IMG/VR virus record: IMGVR_UViG_3300028735_000003
Span: 289,766 to 353,765 of that record
DNA: 64,000 nucleotides
Reading direction: 5' to 3' (one strand)
The position numbers and the translations under genes were made by a program. Under the pieces are notes generated by a model that saw only the letters and a list, made by a program, of their open reading frames with translations, was not told the origin of the DNA and searched no databases. Of this stretch, positions 38,970 through 48,986 are shown one piece after another; positions within the stretch are counted from its first letter, which is position 1, and the number at the start of each line of letters is the position of its first letter.

Positions 38970-41069
38970 TTATTTTGTATCCATACAGTTAACATAATCT
39001 GCTATGTAATCAATTGCCTCTATGTACCTATACATGCTTAGATATCTAAGCAATGGATATTTATTATTATATTTTTCATTTATATCCTCTATGTCATATT
39101 CTGGGTGATCTTTCAAAAATAAATCCAGATCTGAATCATAAATAACACCATTCATAGCTTCATAAATCTCTATTAGTTCTGTTATCCCATAGTAGTCCTC
39201 ACACAATTTTCTTATTTTATCATGTAGATTTAGTCTCTTCATAAATATACTATCGGTCTTTTTTACAAGAAGAGAAAAGTCATCAATATGCCCAAGCATC
39301 TTATCATCAATATCATATAAATGCTTTTTTGCTAATTTGATCTCAACAAAATTAATTGTTGAATTTGCCAAAACATAATCTTTAATAAAGTCATCAAAAT
39401 GAATGAAATCAGAAAAATCTGATTCTACTCTCTCTTTGGGCGTTTCAGAATCAATTCCGTAAAATGAGAACTTTGGAAAACTCTTAATGATAGTCTGAAA
39501 TGCGGTTTGACTAAGTGTTTTCCCAGTTTTGAGCGTAGCAAATCTGTTTCCAGTATAATTATCTTTATTTAATTTACATAAGACTTTTTCATTAGTATCA
39601 TCATCAATAGATGAATAGCTTACATGTTTGAACGTTGTAGTATTAACATCCAGCTTGAATACAAGTAGTCTTGATGTTGCCGGAACATATGCTCTAGCAG
39701 AAGATTTCGTAATTTCGGATAGTCTATGCGGCTTCATTGAAGCAAGATTAAATTTTTCATTCAAAATATCTTCAGTAACTTTGTCATTTGGACAAATCAC
39801 ATGAATACTTTTTAGGTCATGGTTAACATCAAAAGCCCTCTTAATATGATGTACTGTTGGCTGTTTTAATGTAAGATCATTTATAAACAGCATAGAATTT
39901 TCATCAAAATGCAATGAATGACTGCGTTGGCGACTAATCTTATTTGGATCTGTTACATATCTCCTTGAATATTTGCCTTTTGTAAAGATAAATACATCAC
40001 AATTCAGTTGTACCGCTGCAGAATCATACAATGGCAATCCGTGCCAATATAGCTTACCAAGAAACTGAATGCTGCCGAAAGCATTAGATAGTTCCTTCCT
40101 GAAATATACATTAGCTTCCCAGAAATTAGAAAAAGTTTCGATCTTGGCTGTAATTAGATCTTTTATTTCAATTTCCATGTCTTCAAGTCGATTACAGATT
40201 TTCTCTTGCGTCATCTTATCAAGATATACCTGCTCACGATTTGCAGATAAGCTTAACTCTCCAACTCCGAAATACAAATAGATGTTCCCTCGCGAATAAT
40301 CAATCATCTTACTATTAAGATATGTCCGTAATACGGACAAGTCAACTGGGTATTCTATTCCGTCAATAATTAACTTTAATTCACGGTTCCAAGAATTTGG
40401 ATACATGGCAACAGCCCACCCATTGCCCTCAATCAACTTTTTTAGTTCGATATAATCGATATTACCGCCTTTAATAATTGGCTTAACATCCCAATGCCTT
40501 GTTGCGACCTCTGTAAATTCTGCAAAGTGTCTGAAGTCAGGCATCTTAACCGGAATAATAATCTCAGTTCCATTTGATTCAGATGTCGGTGTAGATGAAA
40601 GCAAAATTAACTTACCGACCTTGGTTTCGTCAATGAAACAGGCATAATTATATTGTATACCATCGAAATTTGTAATGATTGTGAATGTATCAGAATATGA
40701 AAATGGGGTCTTTGCTCCAAGCCCGAATCCACCAGTCTGAATGTTGTCATCACGTTTTGTACTAGCAGTATACTTAATAAAAATGTTAGACATTCTGTCA
40801 GGGCTGATTCCGGGACCGAAATCTTTGATCTTATAAAAAGGTTCAAGAGTGTTCGGTAAATGAATTTCAATAGGACGTTCCGGAGTTCCAACTTCTCTAT
40901 GAGCATCTCTTGCATTGCAAGAGATTTCTCTACAAATAGCAAGAATAGGGTTTGAATACATCTTGTTACGCAAGATTTCAAAAATCATACCCTGGTCTTG
41001 AATCGAAAAAAATTGTTCTTCTAATTCTCCAGAAGTCTCAATTGCCGGTCTTTCATCATTTAATCGCAT
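38970..41069 (-). CDS. rIIA: rIIA-like protein (GHKL ATPase domain)
   Basis: REISCNARDAH, DFGPGIS, GGFGLGAKTPF; adjacent to rIIB. Confidence 0.88.
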   Translation of the reverse strand: MRLNDERPAIETSGELEEQFFSIQDQGMIFEILRNKMYSNPILAICREISCNARDAHREVGTPERPIEIHLPNTLEPFYKIKDFGPGISPDRMSNIFIKYTASTKRDDNIQTGGFGLGAKTPFSYSDTFTIITNFDGIQYNYACFIDETKVGKLILLSSTPTSESNGTEIIIPVKMPDFRHFAEFTEVATRHWDVKPIIKGGNIDYIELKKLIEGNGWAVAMYPNSWNRELKLIIDGIEYPVDLSVLRTYLNSKMIDYSRGNIYLYFGVGELSLSANREQVYLDKMTQEKICNRLEDMEIEIKDLITAKIETFSNFWEANVYFRKELSNAFGSIQFLGKLYWHGLPLYDSAAVQLNCDVFIFTKGKYSRRYVTDPNKISRQRSHSLHFDENSMLFINDLTLKQPTVHHIKRAFDVNHDLKSIHVICPNDKVTEDILNEKFNLASMKPHRLSEITKSSARAYVPATSRLLVFKLDVNTTTFKHVSYSSIDDDTNEKVLCKLNKDNYTGNRFATLKTGKTLSQTAFQTIIKSFPKFSFYGIDSETPKERVESDFSDFIHFDDFIKDYVLANSTINFVEIKLAKKHLYDIDDKMLGHIDDFSLLVKKTDSIFMKRLNLHDKIRKLCEDYYGITELIEIYEAMNGVIYDSDLDLFLKDHPEYDIEDINEKYNNKYPLLRYLSMYRYIEAIDYIADYVNCMDTK

Positions 41070-41576
41070 GTCTATCTCCTAGACTGTGACTGTTAAGTTT
41101 TTTAATTCGAGCGGGTCTCCCTCCGCCTTTCATAGACAATTTGCATTAAAAAAAATTAGAGTCAAGTCCTCCCTATTTTTTTAGAATTGAATGCGCTTAA
41201 TTTAGCGCCATCCACGCCAACGGAACTAAGAAAATTATATAAATGACTTGATCTACAGCAATGGCAAAAATAAGAAATATAAACGCATTAATCCAGATAG
41301 AATCAAATTAGTAGCACCAAAACAAAAAAATGCCACTGGCAGACGATAGCGTTTCAATACTCATTTTGATTCCTTAATTGAGTGGCTCATTTTAATCGCT
41401 ACCTTCATCTTCAATATCAGCAGTACTCTCTGCATCTAGATAAGTTGCTTTGTACACTTCCGAGAAGAAAACTTTGCTCAGCAACTGTAATACTCAGCAT
41501 GTTCATAATCATTCCCAACCCCGCCCCAATTACATTTATGTCGCTTTAAATAGTCAGTGCTCATATTAGCTTATTA

Positions 41577-43187
41577 TTAGCTTCTTAAGTCAAACGCCCT
41601 ACCAAATGGAGGATTAAATGTGCTTCCACTCGTAATTAGCCAGATAACATCTTTACCCGGATTTTTCATTTCTGCGAAATCAGAGTCAAGTAAGAATCCA
41701 TCTGTAATTACAACTAGAAAATCACAATAACCCAAATTATCTTCATAATCATTAAAAAAGTCAGCGAATTTAGTGCCGCCTCGCCCATAGACTTTTACCT
41801 TAAGTATCTCTTCCGGATTGAACTTCTTGATCTTAACAGCTTTATTCCAATAAATTTGAGCATCAGCCGGAACGATAGTTCCTTCTGCCCTTTCATCTAA
41901 AGCACAAAGCTGCGACAATCCGAACGCCATATCATCTTTGCTCATAGATCCACTAGTGTCTAATAGACATCCAAAACTGGCGCAATAATTCTTCCTCTTA
42001 GGAACCAACAACCCAGCAAACATTGGACGTGTTCTGAATCTGGTCCAATCATTTTTTCCATTACCAGCCCTAGCTTTTAGCAACCGAGCTCTTATAATAT
42101 CTTGCCAAGTAACCTTTGGAGCTGTTAGCTTTCCGAGCTCTCCTTCAAGAGCACCAGGGACATGACCAGCCATCTTTTTAGCTGCTTCCATAGCATCTGA
42201 AATTCTCTTGGCTAGCTTCTCTTCAGATTCTTCTGTATCCATATGATCATCTAATGTATCTCCAAATCCGAAAATATCGAATCCGTCGCCACATTCTGGA
42301 CACTGTCCTTCTGGATATTTGCCAGAACAACCAGGATAAGGCGCGCCATCATCACCAGTACCTGAACATTGATCTCCAGATTTATCTTCTTTTTCACAAT
42401 CAGAAGAATTGCCGTATCCTTTGCCATTTTGCGGTTGTGGCTTCTTATATATTCCAACTCTACCGCACTTAGGACATTTTGGAAGTAAACTATAAAAAAG
42501 ATCATAAATTTTTTCCGGACTCCTCATATCTTCGTCAATATCTGGATCTGCATAATAAAACTTAACTGCTTTCTCTCTACGTTCTAGTTCTTTTTGTTCT
42601 TGAGGAGTCAGTTCTCTATCCTCATTTGCTTTTGGAAGACTAATATGAAGATCATTATCAAACTCAGGATGTAAATCTTCAAATCCTTTTGGAGGATGAA
42701 ATGGATCTTTAAGGAGCTCTACGTAAGCCTTCAGTGGCATATACCTTCCGACTTCTTTAGTAAAAAAATCATGCGGATTTTGTTTTCTAGACTTTAAATC
42801 ATCCATACACGTACCATTAACAATGTAGTCAACGGCAATGTTCCATAGTTTTGGAATACGAGAGCCTCTGCGTTGAGGATGCATATAGATTGCGTGCCAT
42901 GCTTCATGGCTACATATAATGCGTAAACCCTTTCTACTTGTTTTAAGTACAAACTTTGGATTCCAGTAGTACCTCTTACCATCAGTGGCGGCAGTTGGAA
43001 TATTTAAAGTACATATATGATCAATAGGATACATAAGACTGAATATTAAAGGATCTCCACCTAAACAAGTTCCCACATATTCATTATTATATCTTGTGCC
43101 CAGTTCCAAAAATACCTGAGATAATCTATCTTCAGCTTTTGCAACTAATTTATCATCAACCTTACCGATAATTCTAGAAAACTTCAT
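41577..43187 (-). CDS. DUF2201-type metallopeptidase plus VWA-like domain protein
   Basis: TAATDG, HEAWH (HExxH), NIAVDYIVN, MIDAS DTSGS, GRGGT, VITDG. Confidence 0.88.
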   Translation of the reverse strand: MKFSRIIGKVDDKLVAKAEDRLSQVFLELGTRYNNEYVGTCLGGDPLIFSLMYPIDHICTLNIPTAATDGKRYYWNPKFVLKTSRKGLRIICSHEAWHAIYMHPQRRGSRIPKLWNIAVDYIVNGTCMDDLKSRKQNPHDFFTKEVGRYMPLKAYVELLKDPFHPPKGFEDLHPEFDNDLHISLPKANEDRELTPQEQKELERREKAVKFYYADPDIDEDMRSPEKIYDLFYSLLPKCPKCGRVGIYKKPQPQNGKGYGNSSDCEKEDKSGDQCSGTGDDGAPYPGCSGKYPEGQCPECGDGFDIFGFGDTLDDHMDTEESEEKLAKRISDAMEAAKKMAGHVPGALEGELGKLTAPKVTWQDIIRARLLKARAGNGKNDWTRFRTRPMFAGLLVPKRKNYCASFGCLLDTSGSMSKDDMAFGLSQLCALDERAEGTIVPADAQIYWNKAVKIKKFNPEEILKVKVYGRGGTKFADFFNDYEDNLGYCDFLVVITDGFLLDSDFAEMKNPGKDVIWLITSGSTFNPPFGRAFDLRS

Positions 43188-43223
43188 GTAATCTCCAATT
43201 TATTATATATCTTCAGGTTGTTA

Positions 43224-44387
43224 TCAATCGTCAACTTTTCTATTAATCTTATTTAAAACCTCTTCCCAGTCCGGGTGTTCATCAAGATTAAACTTCACCA
43301 ATCTGTCAATCTGAATCTGGCTCCTTACAGAGACTAGAACGTTTTCGTATGTTACCTTTTGTAGGAATTTTCCAACGTAATTTACCGATGGTGGCATCTC
43401 ATTTTCATTCGAATTGTCTAATTGGGTTGCTAATCTTGCGCAGGTAATCATGCATGCAACAAGCTTCTTTGTTGGTTCCAATTTGGCATACCTTTGTGAT
43501 ACATCTTTGCCATTGAAAATATCTTCAATCATTGGGAGTAGTTGCTGATAATGTTCGTAATAATTTGAGTATTTAATACCAGCATCTTTGCCAACACAAC
43601 CAGATACTTTGTTATTCAAAAGTGTTGTGCTCCAACCATGTGCCTCTCCTTTATATAAAAGCTCAGACGCACGAGCCCAGCCTCTAGGAGAAGGGTCCGC
43701 ATAACGATCATCTGGGTCAACATTACCAAATAAATCTTTAGGATGATCAGTAATATACGAGGTAATAGATGGATGAATATGCCCAATCTTACCAGCCCAT
43801 TCTAACCAAGAAGAAGCATCGGCTTCAACCAAATACTTCTCAGCCCTATCTAATAGAGGTAAACTTGGTCTGGCTCCTCCCTCCGATATAAGGTTGCCAG
43901 TCATGATAATAGCTCTTAGATTAGGAAGAGACTTACCATTTATTGATCTAAATTGAGTGAACTCTAATAGTGGCGCCCACAGACTTGTATCAGCCTTATC
44001 AACTTCGTCAAGTAAAGCTACTACTCCTTCATTACCATCTATCATCTTCTGATAGAAAGCAGGAAGCAAAAACTCTACGAACCTACGTTTGGCAGAGGCG
44101 CCCATAATATCAGGATATCCACCCATATCTACACGCTCCAAAACAGAGAGATTTAGGTATACTTCCTGTAGCCCAGCCTTCTTAATTTGATATTTGGCAA
44201 TTTCAGTTTTGCCAGTGCCTCTTCTACCAAAAACTGCAATATTGCTACCTACTTGAATTGCAGCAGCAATATGTTCAGACAGTTCTTTTGTGCTGAGTTT
44301 CTGAAGGTTGAAGTCAGATGTTGCCATTTGTTGTTGAGTTTGAGCCATTATCTTCTCCGTATAAATCTTTCTAATAAAGAAAATCAC
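43224..44387 (-). CDS. MoxR-type AAA+ ATPase (probable start 44348)
   Basis: GRRGTGKT, LDEVDKA, SPRGW; directly upstream of VWA partner. Confidence 0.9.
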   Translation of the reverse strand: MIFFIRKIYTEKIMAQTQQQMATSDFNLQKLSTKELSEHIAAAIQVGSNIAVFGRRGTGKTEIAKYQIKKAGLQEVYLNLSVLERVDMGGYPDIMGASAKRRFVEFLLPAFYQKMIDGNEGVVALLDEVDKADTSLWAPLLEFTQFRSINGKSLPNLRAIIMTGNLISEGGARPSLPLLDRAEKYLVEADASSWLEWAGKIGHIHPSITSYITDHPKDLFGNVDPDDRYADPSPRGWARASELLYKGEAHGWSTTLLNNKVSGCVGKDAGIKYSNYYEHYQQLLPMIEDIFNGKDVSQRYAKLEPTKKLVACMITCARLATQLDNSNENEMPPSVNYVGKFLQKVTYENVLVSVRSQIQIDRLVKFNLDEHPDWEEVLNKINRKVDD

Positions 44388-44461
44388 TGCAAATTACAGT
44401 ACCAACGCCAAATAAAAACAAAATTAATTTATATATTCGTCTAGTCTAAAATCTAATTCAT

Positions 44462-45037
44462 GAAAACCTCGCAAGGAGACCCACGGCTTTAGCCGTGGGA
44501 GGAATTGCGGATTATAAAAGTTAATCCGCTTATTATTTTTATTTTCTACTGCTAATGATATATCTGTAATGCGAAGAATTTATAGTTTTTATTTATCCGC
44601 TCCTGATGGGTTTTTAGACTTCCTAAAAACCTGCGCAGATATCTATTCGCATCATGTCGAGTGGGCTTTCGAAAATAAATCGACCAATAAAGTTAAAGCT
44701 CATCAAGATTTATATCAGAAATTACGATCTCTTTATCCTGATATTCCTGCTAGAGCATTAGGAAAACAAGTAGTTAAAGTTGATGCAAGATATACTTCTC
44801 AAAAATGTTCTAATTGTAGAATTATTGAAAAGTCTAATATAAATAAGTCGAGATATATTTGTAGCAAATGTAGTTACATAGAACATGCAGATATTAATGC
44901 TGCTAAAAATATTAAGACAAATTATTTTATCTCGTTAGCTGAAAAGAATAACGAGCAGGCTGTTGTCAATCAGCCAAACGCAGCCAAAACTGATGTTTTG
45001 AGCAGCAAGCCCACGACTTTAGTCGTGGGTTATTGAC
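44462..45037 (+). mobile_element. non-autonomous IS200/IS605 element, copy 1
   Basis: Follows TTCAT; left hairpin CCCACGGCTTTAGCCGTGGG, right hairpin CCCACGACTTTAGTCGTGGG, ends TTGAC; near-identical to 50544-50987. Confidence 0.9.
44569..45036 (+). pseudogene. tnpB: internally deleted TnpB (155 aa, in frame)
   Basis: N-terminal segment joined to VDARYTSQKCSNC...CSKC...HADINAAKNI; RuvC I and II absent. Confidence 0.85.
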
Positions 45038-45314
45038 TATTTCGATAACCATCTAAGAATTGCTGATGAATTTCCCAAGCATCTTTGCCAAAAGACAGCT
45101 TTCCGGCACTATATTGAATACGAACAATAAGTGATTCGGGGCAAGATAACTTCTCTAATTCTTCACAAAGCCATAATCCAGCTAAACAAACCTCTCTAAC
45201 AATTGGGGATTTCGCCCATTCTGCCGGCATATTGGTGTCATTATCAATTACGTTTGACCAACGACTTATGTCGTCGTCACTAATAAATTTTGGTCTTGCC
45301 ATATTAACCCTCAT
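45030..45314 (-). CDS. hypothetical protein; 3' end replaced by the IS end
   Basis: Stop codon lies inside the IS right end. Confidence 0.6.
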   Translation of the reverse strand: MRVNMARPKFISDDDISRWSNVIDNDTNMPAEWAKSPIVREVCLAGLWLCEELEKLSCPESLIVRIQYSAGKLSFGKDAWEIHQQFLDGYRNSQ

Positions 45315-45447
45315 AATATATAATTCAAATAATAAAAATACCTAACATAATAACTTTTCTCAAACTAAATTTGAGACCAAGGCTCGGGCTCGAACATGAA
45401 TGAAAAGCTTCGTAGACTCTTACGCAGATCCACTGCAAAAGTAAAGC

Positions 45448-45524
45448 TGGCATCCCCAGAAGGATTCGAACCCTCAACCTAGCGGGTAGAAGCCGCTTGC
45501 TCTATCCAATTGAGCTATAGGGAC
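45448..45524 (-). tRNA. tRNA-Arg(TCT)
   Basis: GTCCCTA acceptor, D arm GCTC/GAGC, anticodon arm AGCGG-CTTCTAC-CCGCT, TTCGAAT loop, encoded CCA. Confidence 0.95.
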
Positions 45525-45528
45525 ATAT

Positions 45529-45560
45529 ATATTTATGTCATAAATATATGACATAAATAT
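45529..45560. repeat. perfect 14-bp inverted repeat with 4-nt spacer
   Basis: ATATTTATGTCATA-AATA-TATGACATAAATAT. Confidence 0.9.
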
Positions 45561-45980
45561 CAGAATATTACATTTTTATTTAATTGAATACGAAAATCAC
45601 ATATGTTGTAGGTTACGGCTCTATTAAGAATAGAAATAAGTTATCTTAAGCTAATGTTTCTGATATTTGATTGCCGTCTGATATTAGTAATCAAATTATT
45701 GGTAAGTATAGTAAAAAATAAGAAATGTAAATGAATTAACACAAACAAAATTAATAAAACCAACAATGCTTTATCTTGTGGAGTAATCAAATCACTTAAG
45801 CTTATAATCTATATTAAGTTGTCAACAGCATGAATATGAACCGAACCAATACAGAATAAATACTAATGATTTTTGATAATATCACGCCTTCCGGTTCAAC
45901 CATACCCAGTATTAGTATATCTTAATATTTTACTAATAGTAAGAGAAGAGTGCGAACTTTATCTTCTCGCCTATAACTAT

Positions 45981-46008
45981 AATATAAATCGTGATTTTTG
46001 CTTGTCAA
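45981..46008 (-). promoter_or_regulatory. sigma70-like promoter facing tRNA-Arg(TCT)
   Basis: TTGACA-N16-TATATT; same TATATTATA context as the tmRNA promoter. Confidence 0.55.
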
Positions 46009-46095
46009 CACCCATCTATTTTATTTATTTGGTTTTTTAATACACTTTCAACTAATAATTAGATTATTTCATTTTTAATATCAAGCGAACTTGGT

Positions 46096-47031
46096 TTGCG
46101 TCGAAAAAGTTGTCATAATGTATTTTTATCTAAAGTGAACCTGGGTAATATTCAATATTCTGATATTAATATGTACAACATAATACAACATAACGAGTTT
46201 AAAATGACCTATAATACCATAATGGATTTAGCAGATATATTTATTATTAAACTAGCTAATTTTAATAATGAAACTAATCCTGGTGGCAAACCTTTTACTA
46301 AAGTTACGGAGCAGCCAAAACACGACGAAATAGTAGAATTATCTCCAGAATTAGAAGAAATAGCCCGAAGGTTTCGTGAACGGCGAAATCCAATAAATTA
46401 TAATCCAGCAATGACCGGGGCTGGTCCACAAATAACTACACAAGAATCAGAAATAACAAAACCTGATGCGCAACAGACTACACAAGAATCAGAAATAACA
46501 AAACCTGATGCGCAACAGACTACACAAGAATCAGAAATAACAAAACCCGATGCGCAACAGACTACACAAGAATCAGAACAAGAATCAGAATTAGCTTTTA
46601 AAGTTGATCGGTATGCGTCCAGTATTGAACGCCTACTAGAATCTGATTATGCAATACTAAAAACAGTAAATTTTTTAAGAAAAAAACCAAAAGAGCTAAT
46701 GTTTATGCGATATATAGATATGAAATTTCATGAATTAAGAATGAAATATGCACATATAGCCCCATACACTTTTTATGGTAAACTAATGCAATTATTAGAA
46801 GAAGCTCCTCCACAAAACTTAGCTCTTTTTAATCCTATAAAAAATATAATGTGCTCTACAAACAGAGAAAATATCGAAAGGATTTATTATGGATCTTATG
46901 CAGATCTACTCGAATACTACCGCGAAATTGGAGTTAGTACTGACCCCAGGCGAGTACTGCATGGAGCAATGATTACTGGACTACCAAAGATATTAAATTT
47001 CGAAATTTGGTTCGAAGAAGCTAGCCGTTAA
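46096..47031 (+). CDS. hypothetical protein with 14-aa tandem repeats (probable start 46171 or 46204)
   Basis: TTQESEITKPDAQQ x3. Confidence 0.7.
   Translation: MRRKSCHNVFLSKVNLGNIQYSDINMYNIIQHNEFKMTYNTIMDLADIFIIKLANFNNETNPGGKPFTKVTEQPKHDEIVELSPELEEIARRFRERRNPINYNPAMTGAGPQITTQESEITKPDAQQTTQESEITKPDAQQTTQESEITKPDAQQTTQESEQESELAFKVDRYASSIERLLESDYAILKTVNFLRKKPKELMFMRYIDMKFHELRMKYAHIAPYTFYGKLMQLLEEAPPQNLALFNPIKNIMCSTNRENIERIYYGSYADLLEYYREIGVSTDPRRVLHGAMITGLPKILNFEIWFEEASR
46435..46578 (+). repeat. 42-bp coding tandem repeat x3.4
   Basis: ACTACACAAGAATCAGAAATAACAAAACCTGATGCGCAACAG. Confidence 0.95.
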
Positions 47032-47134
47032 TATATGTTTTAATTCGCACATAAATAAAGACCACACAATTAATTGATTTCTGTATCAATAATTAGGTCA
47101 TCAACTACATCATGATTATTAAAATCTGTAAATA

Positions 47135-47869
47135 TCACATAGATAATACAAATATTTCTTGAGATGTATTATTATTCTCTGCAACAGATCGTCTAATATA
47201 TTCGTTGTTGTCTTTAGCTAATAAAGCCAATGTTTCCGTTGATGTATTATTGTTCTCTGCGACAATTTGTCTAATATATTCACTTTTATCTTTAGCTTTA
47301 GCTAATAAAGCTAATATTTCTATAGGTGTATTCTTGTTTTCTGCAATACTTTTCCTAACAGACGACTACTTATCTTTAGCCAATAAAGCTAATGTTTCTG
47401 GAGATGTATTATTGTTTGCTGCAACATTTTGTCTAACAACTACATCATCATCTTTAGCTAATAAAGCCAACGTTACTGGAGATGTATTATTGTTTGCCGC
47501 GACATTTTGTCTAACACGTGCATCATTATCTTTAGCTAATAAAGCTAATGTAGCTGGAGACGTATTGTTATTTTCTGCAACGTAATACTTCGAATCAAGA
47601 TTCCAATAGTCCGATAGAGGATGATACAGAAGCGCTTTAGCAGTAGAGCCATCAGCAAGATTAACAGTTATAGTAGAACGACTATAACCAGCAGGTTCAA
47701 TTGTATTTCCCCATGCATTTCTGACAATGTTGCGAATCTCACGATGTCTTGCAAACGGCATTGTTTCTTTTACCTTATTGCTAACGTCCAGCGCGGTAAA
47801 CGCAAAATTATTGCGAATAAAATCACTAATAACAGTATCAACCATACTAATCAAATTAGAATCATTCAT
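47135..47869 (-). pseudogene. chimeric ORF: orphan N-terminus fused to about 5.5 LRV repeats, internal TAG at 47366
   Basis: Junction ...LDSKY|YVAENNNTS; frame continues 77 codons after the TAG to TGA at 47135. Confidence 0.8.
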
Positions 47870-47879
47870 TTTTAGTTCC

Positions 47880-48377
47880 TTACTGCAAAAAACCTTCTAA
47901 ATCTATTAACTTAAATTTACCATCACAATCTAACATTACATTTCGTGAATGCAGATCATGATATTTAAATTTTAACTTCTTAATCCAGTACAAAAAATCT
48001 CGTATGTTTTGTGAACAAAAACTCGGTATATTTTTTCTAGAATTATAGAATTCCGATAATATACTTTCAATCCACTGTTCTTCTGTATTTCTTGGTATTG
48101 GATTAAGCTTCTCCATAATATGGAAATAATACGGAGATTCCCCTTTAATATTTATTGACCCGAAATCGTATATTTTTACTACTGCTGGAGAATCAACTTC
48201 TTGCAAATATGATAATAATCTTTGGAATTTATTACCAAGATTCTTGTCATACTCATCTTGAGTAACTTTTATTATTCGGGCTGGTTTACCAGCCAGATTC
48301 CACATCCATCCGCTGCGGCATTTAATAGATTTACTCAATTCGAATCTTTTCTGTAACTCCGATTTCAACGCCCTCAT
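47880..48377 (-). CDS. protein-kinase-like fold small kinase
   Basis: IMEKL, YHDLHSRNVM, LIDLE. Confidence 0.8.
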   Translation of the reverse strand: MRALKSELQKRFELSKSIKCRSGWMWNLAGKPARIIKVTQDEYDKNLGNKFQRLLSYLQEVDSPAVVKIYDFGSINIKGESPYYFHIMEKLNPIPRNTEEQWIESILSEFYNSRKNIPSFCSQNIRDFLYWIKKLKFKYHDLHSRNVMLDCDGKFKLIDLEGFLQ

Positions 48378-48568
48378 ACTACCAATGTATACTTACAAAA
48401 CACTAGCGCAAGGGCTCGTTAATTTAAAAAACAGATGGTTTATTTATTAATTTTTTAGTAGTGAAATATGTCCATAATGTACATACAAATGTATTTTGTT
48501 TCATGATATTGTGCCAAGAAAACTACCAGCATTATGCTGGCGGTAATTGACAGAACTTGATAATCATA

Positions 48569-48862
48569 TTATGATTTTTTTCTTGATTGTCTCAAGACTT
48601 CAATTGGATTTGGTTCTTCAACCTTTAGTTGCTCCAAGAAACTGTCAGATAGTCCAGCAATTGCCCTCTCAATATCGGAAGAAACGCACTTGCATACAAC
48701 TAACTTGCCATTCTTGAATCCATCACCATTTCCATACCTTACGACAGAACTATATATACTTCCATCTTTCAATGTAGAAATCAATACACCTGGACAAGTT
48801 GCGTCTTTACTATATGCATACGAAACAGCTCTGCTTAGATTTTTTAGTAATTCATTTAACAT
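48569..48862 (-). CDS. hypothetical protein
   Basis: 97 aa, AAGGAG Shine-Dalgarno upstream. Confidence 0.65.
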   Translation of the reverse strand: MLNELLKNLSRAVSYAYSKDATCPGVLISTLKDGSIYSSVVRYGNGDGFKNGKLVVCKCVSSDIERAIAGLSDSFLEQLKVEEPNPIEVLRQSRKKS

Positions 48863-48986
48863 TATTCTTCTCCTTTAACATTGCAACACAACATTATATC
48901 AATAATTTAAATAAGATAAAATAATTATATAATGTAAGCTAAGACAAAATATTCACATTAATAATAAAAATAACCTAAAAACATAT

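Noticed and set aside
45372-45447. tRNA-like remnant downstream of tRNA-Arg(TCT) with an ACG anticodon-like loop and GTTCGAG
   Set aside because: Acceptor and T stems do not pair; at most a decayed pseudo-tRNA, not supportable.
47366-47368. TAG stop-codon reassignment suggested by the in-frame TAG in the chimeric repeat ORF
   Set aside because: Long genes are uninterrupted under the standard code and several end properly at TAG (29754, 33075, 59250). A single nonsense change in a chimeric relic is simpler.
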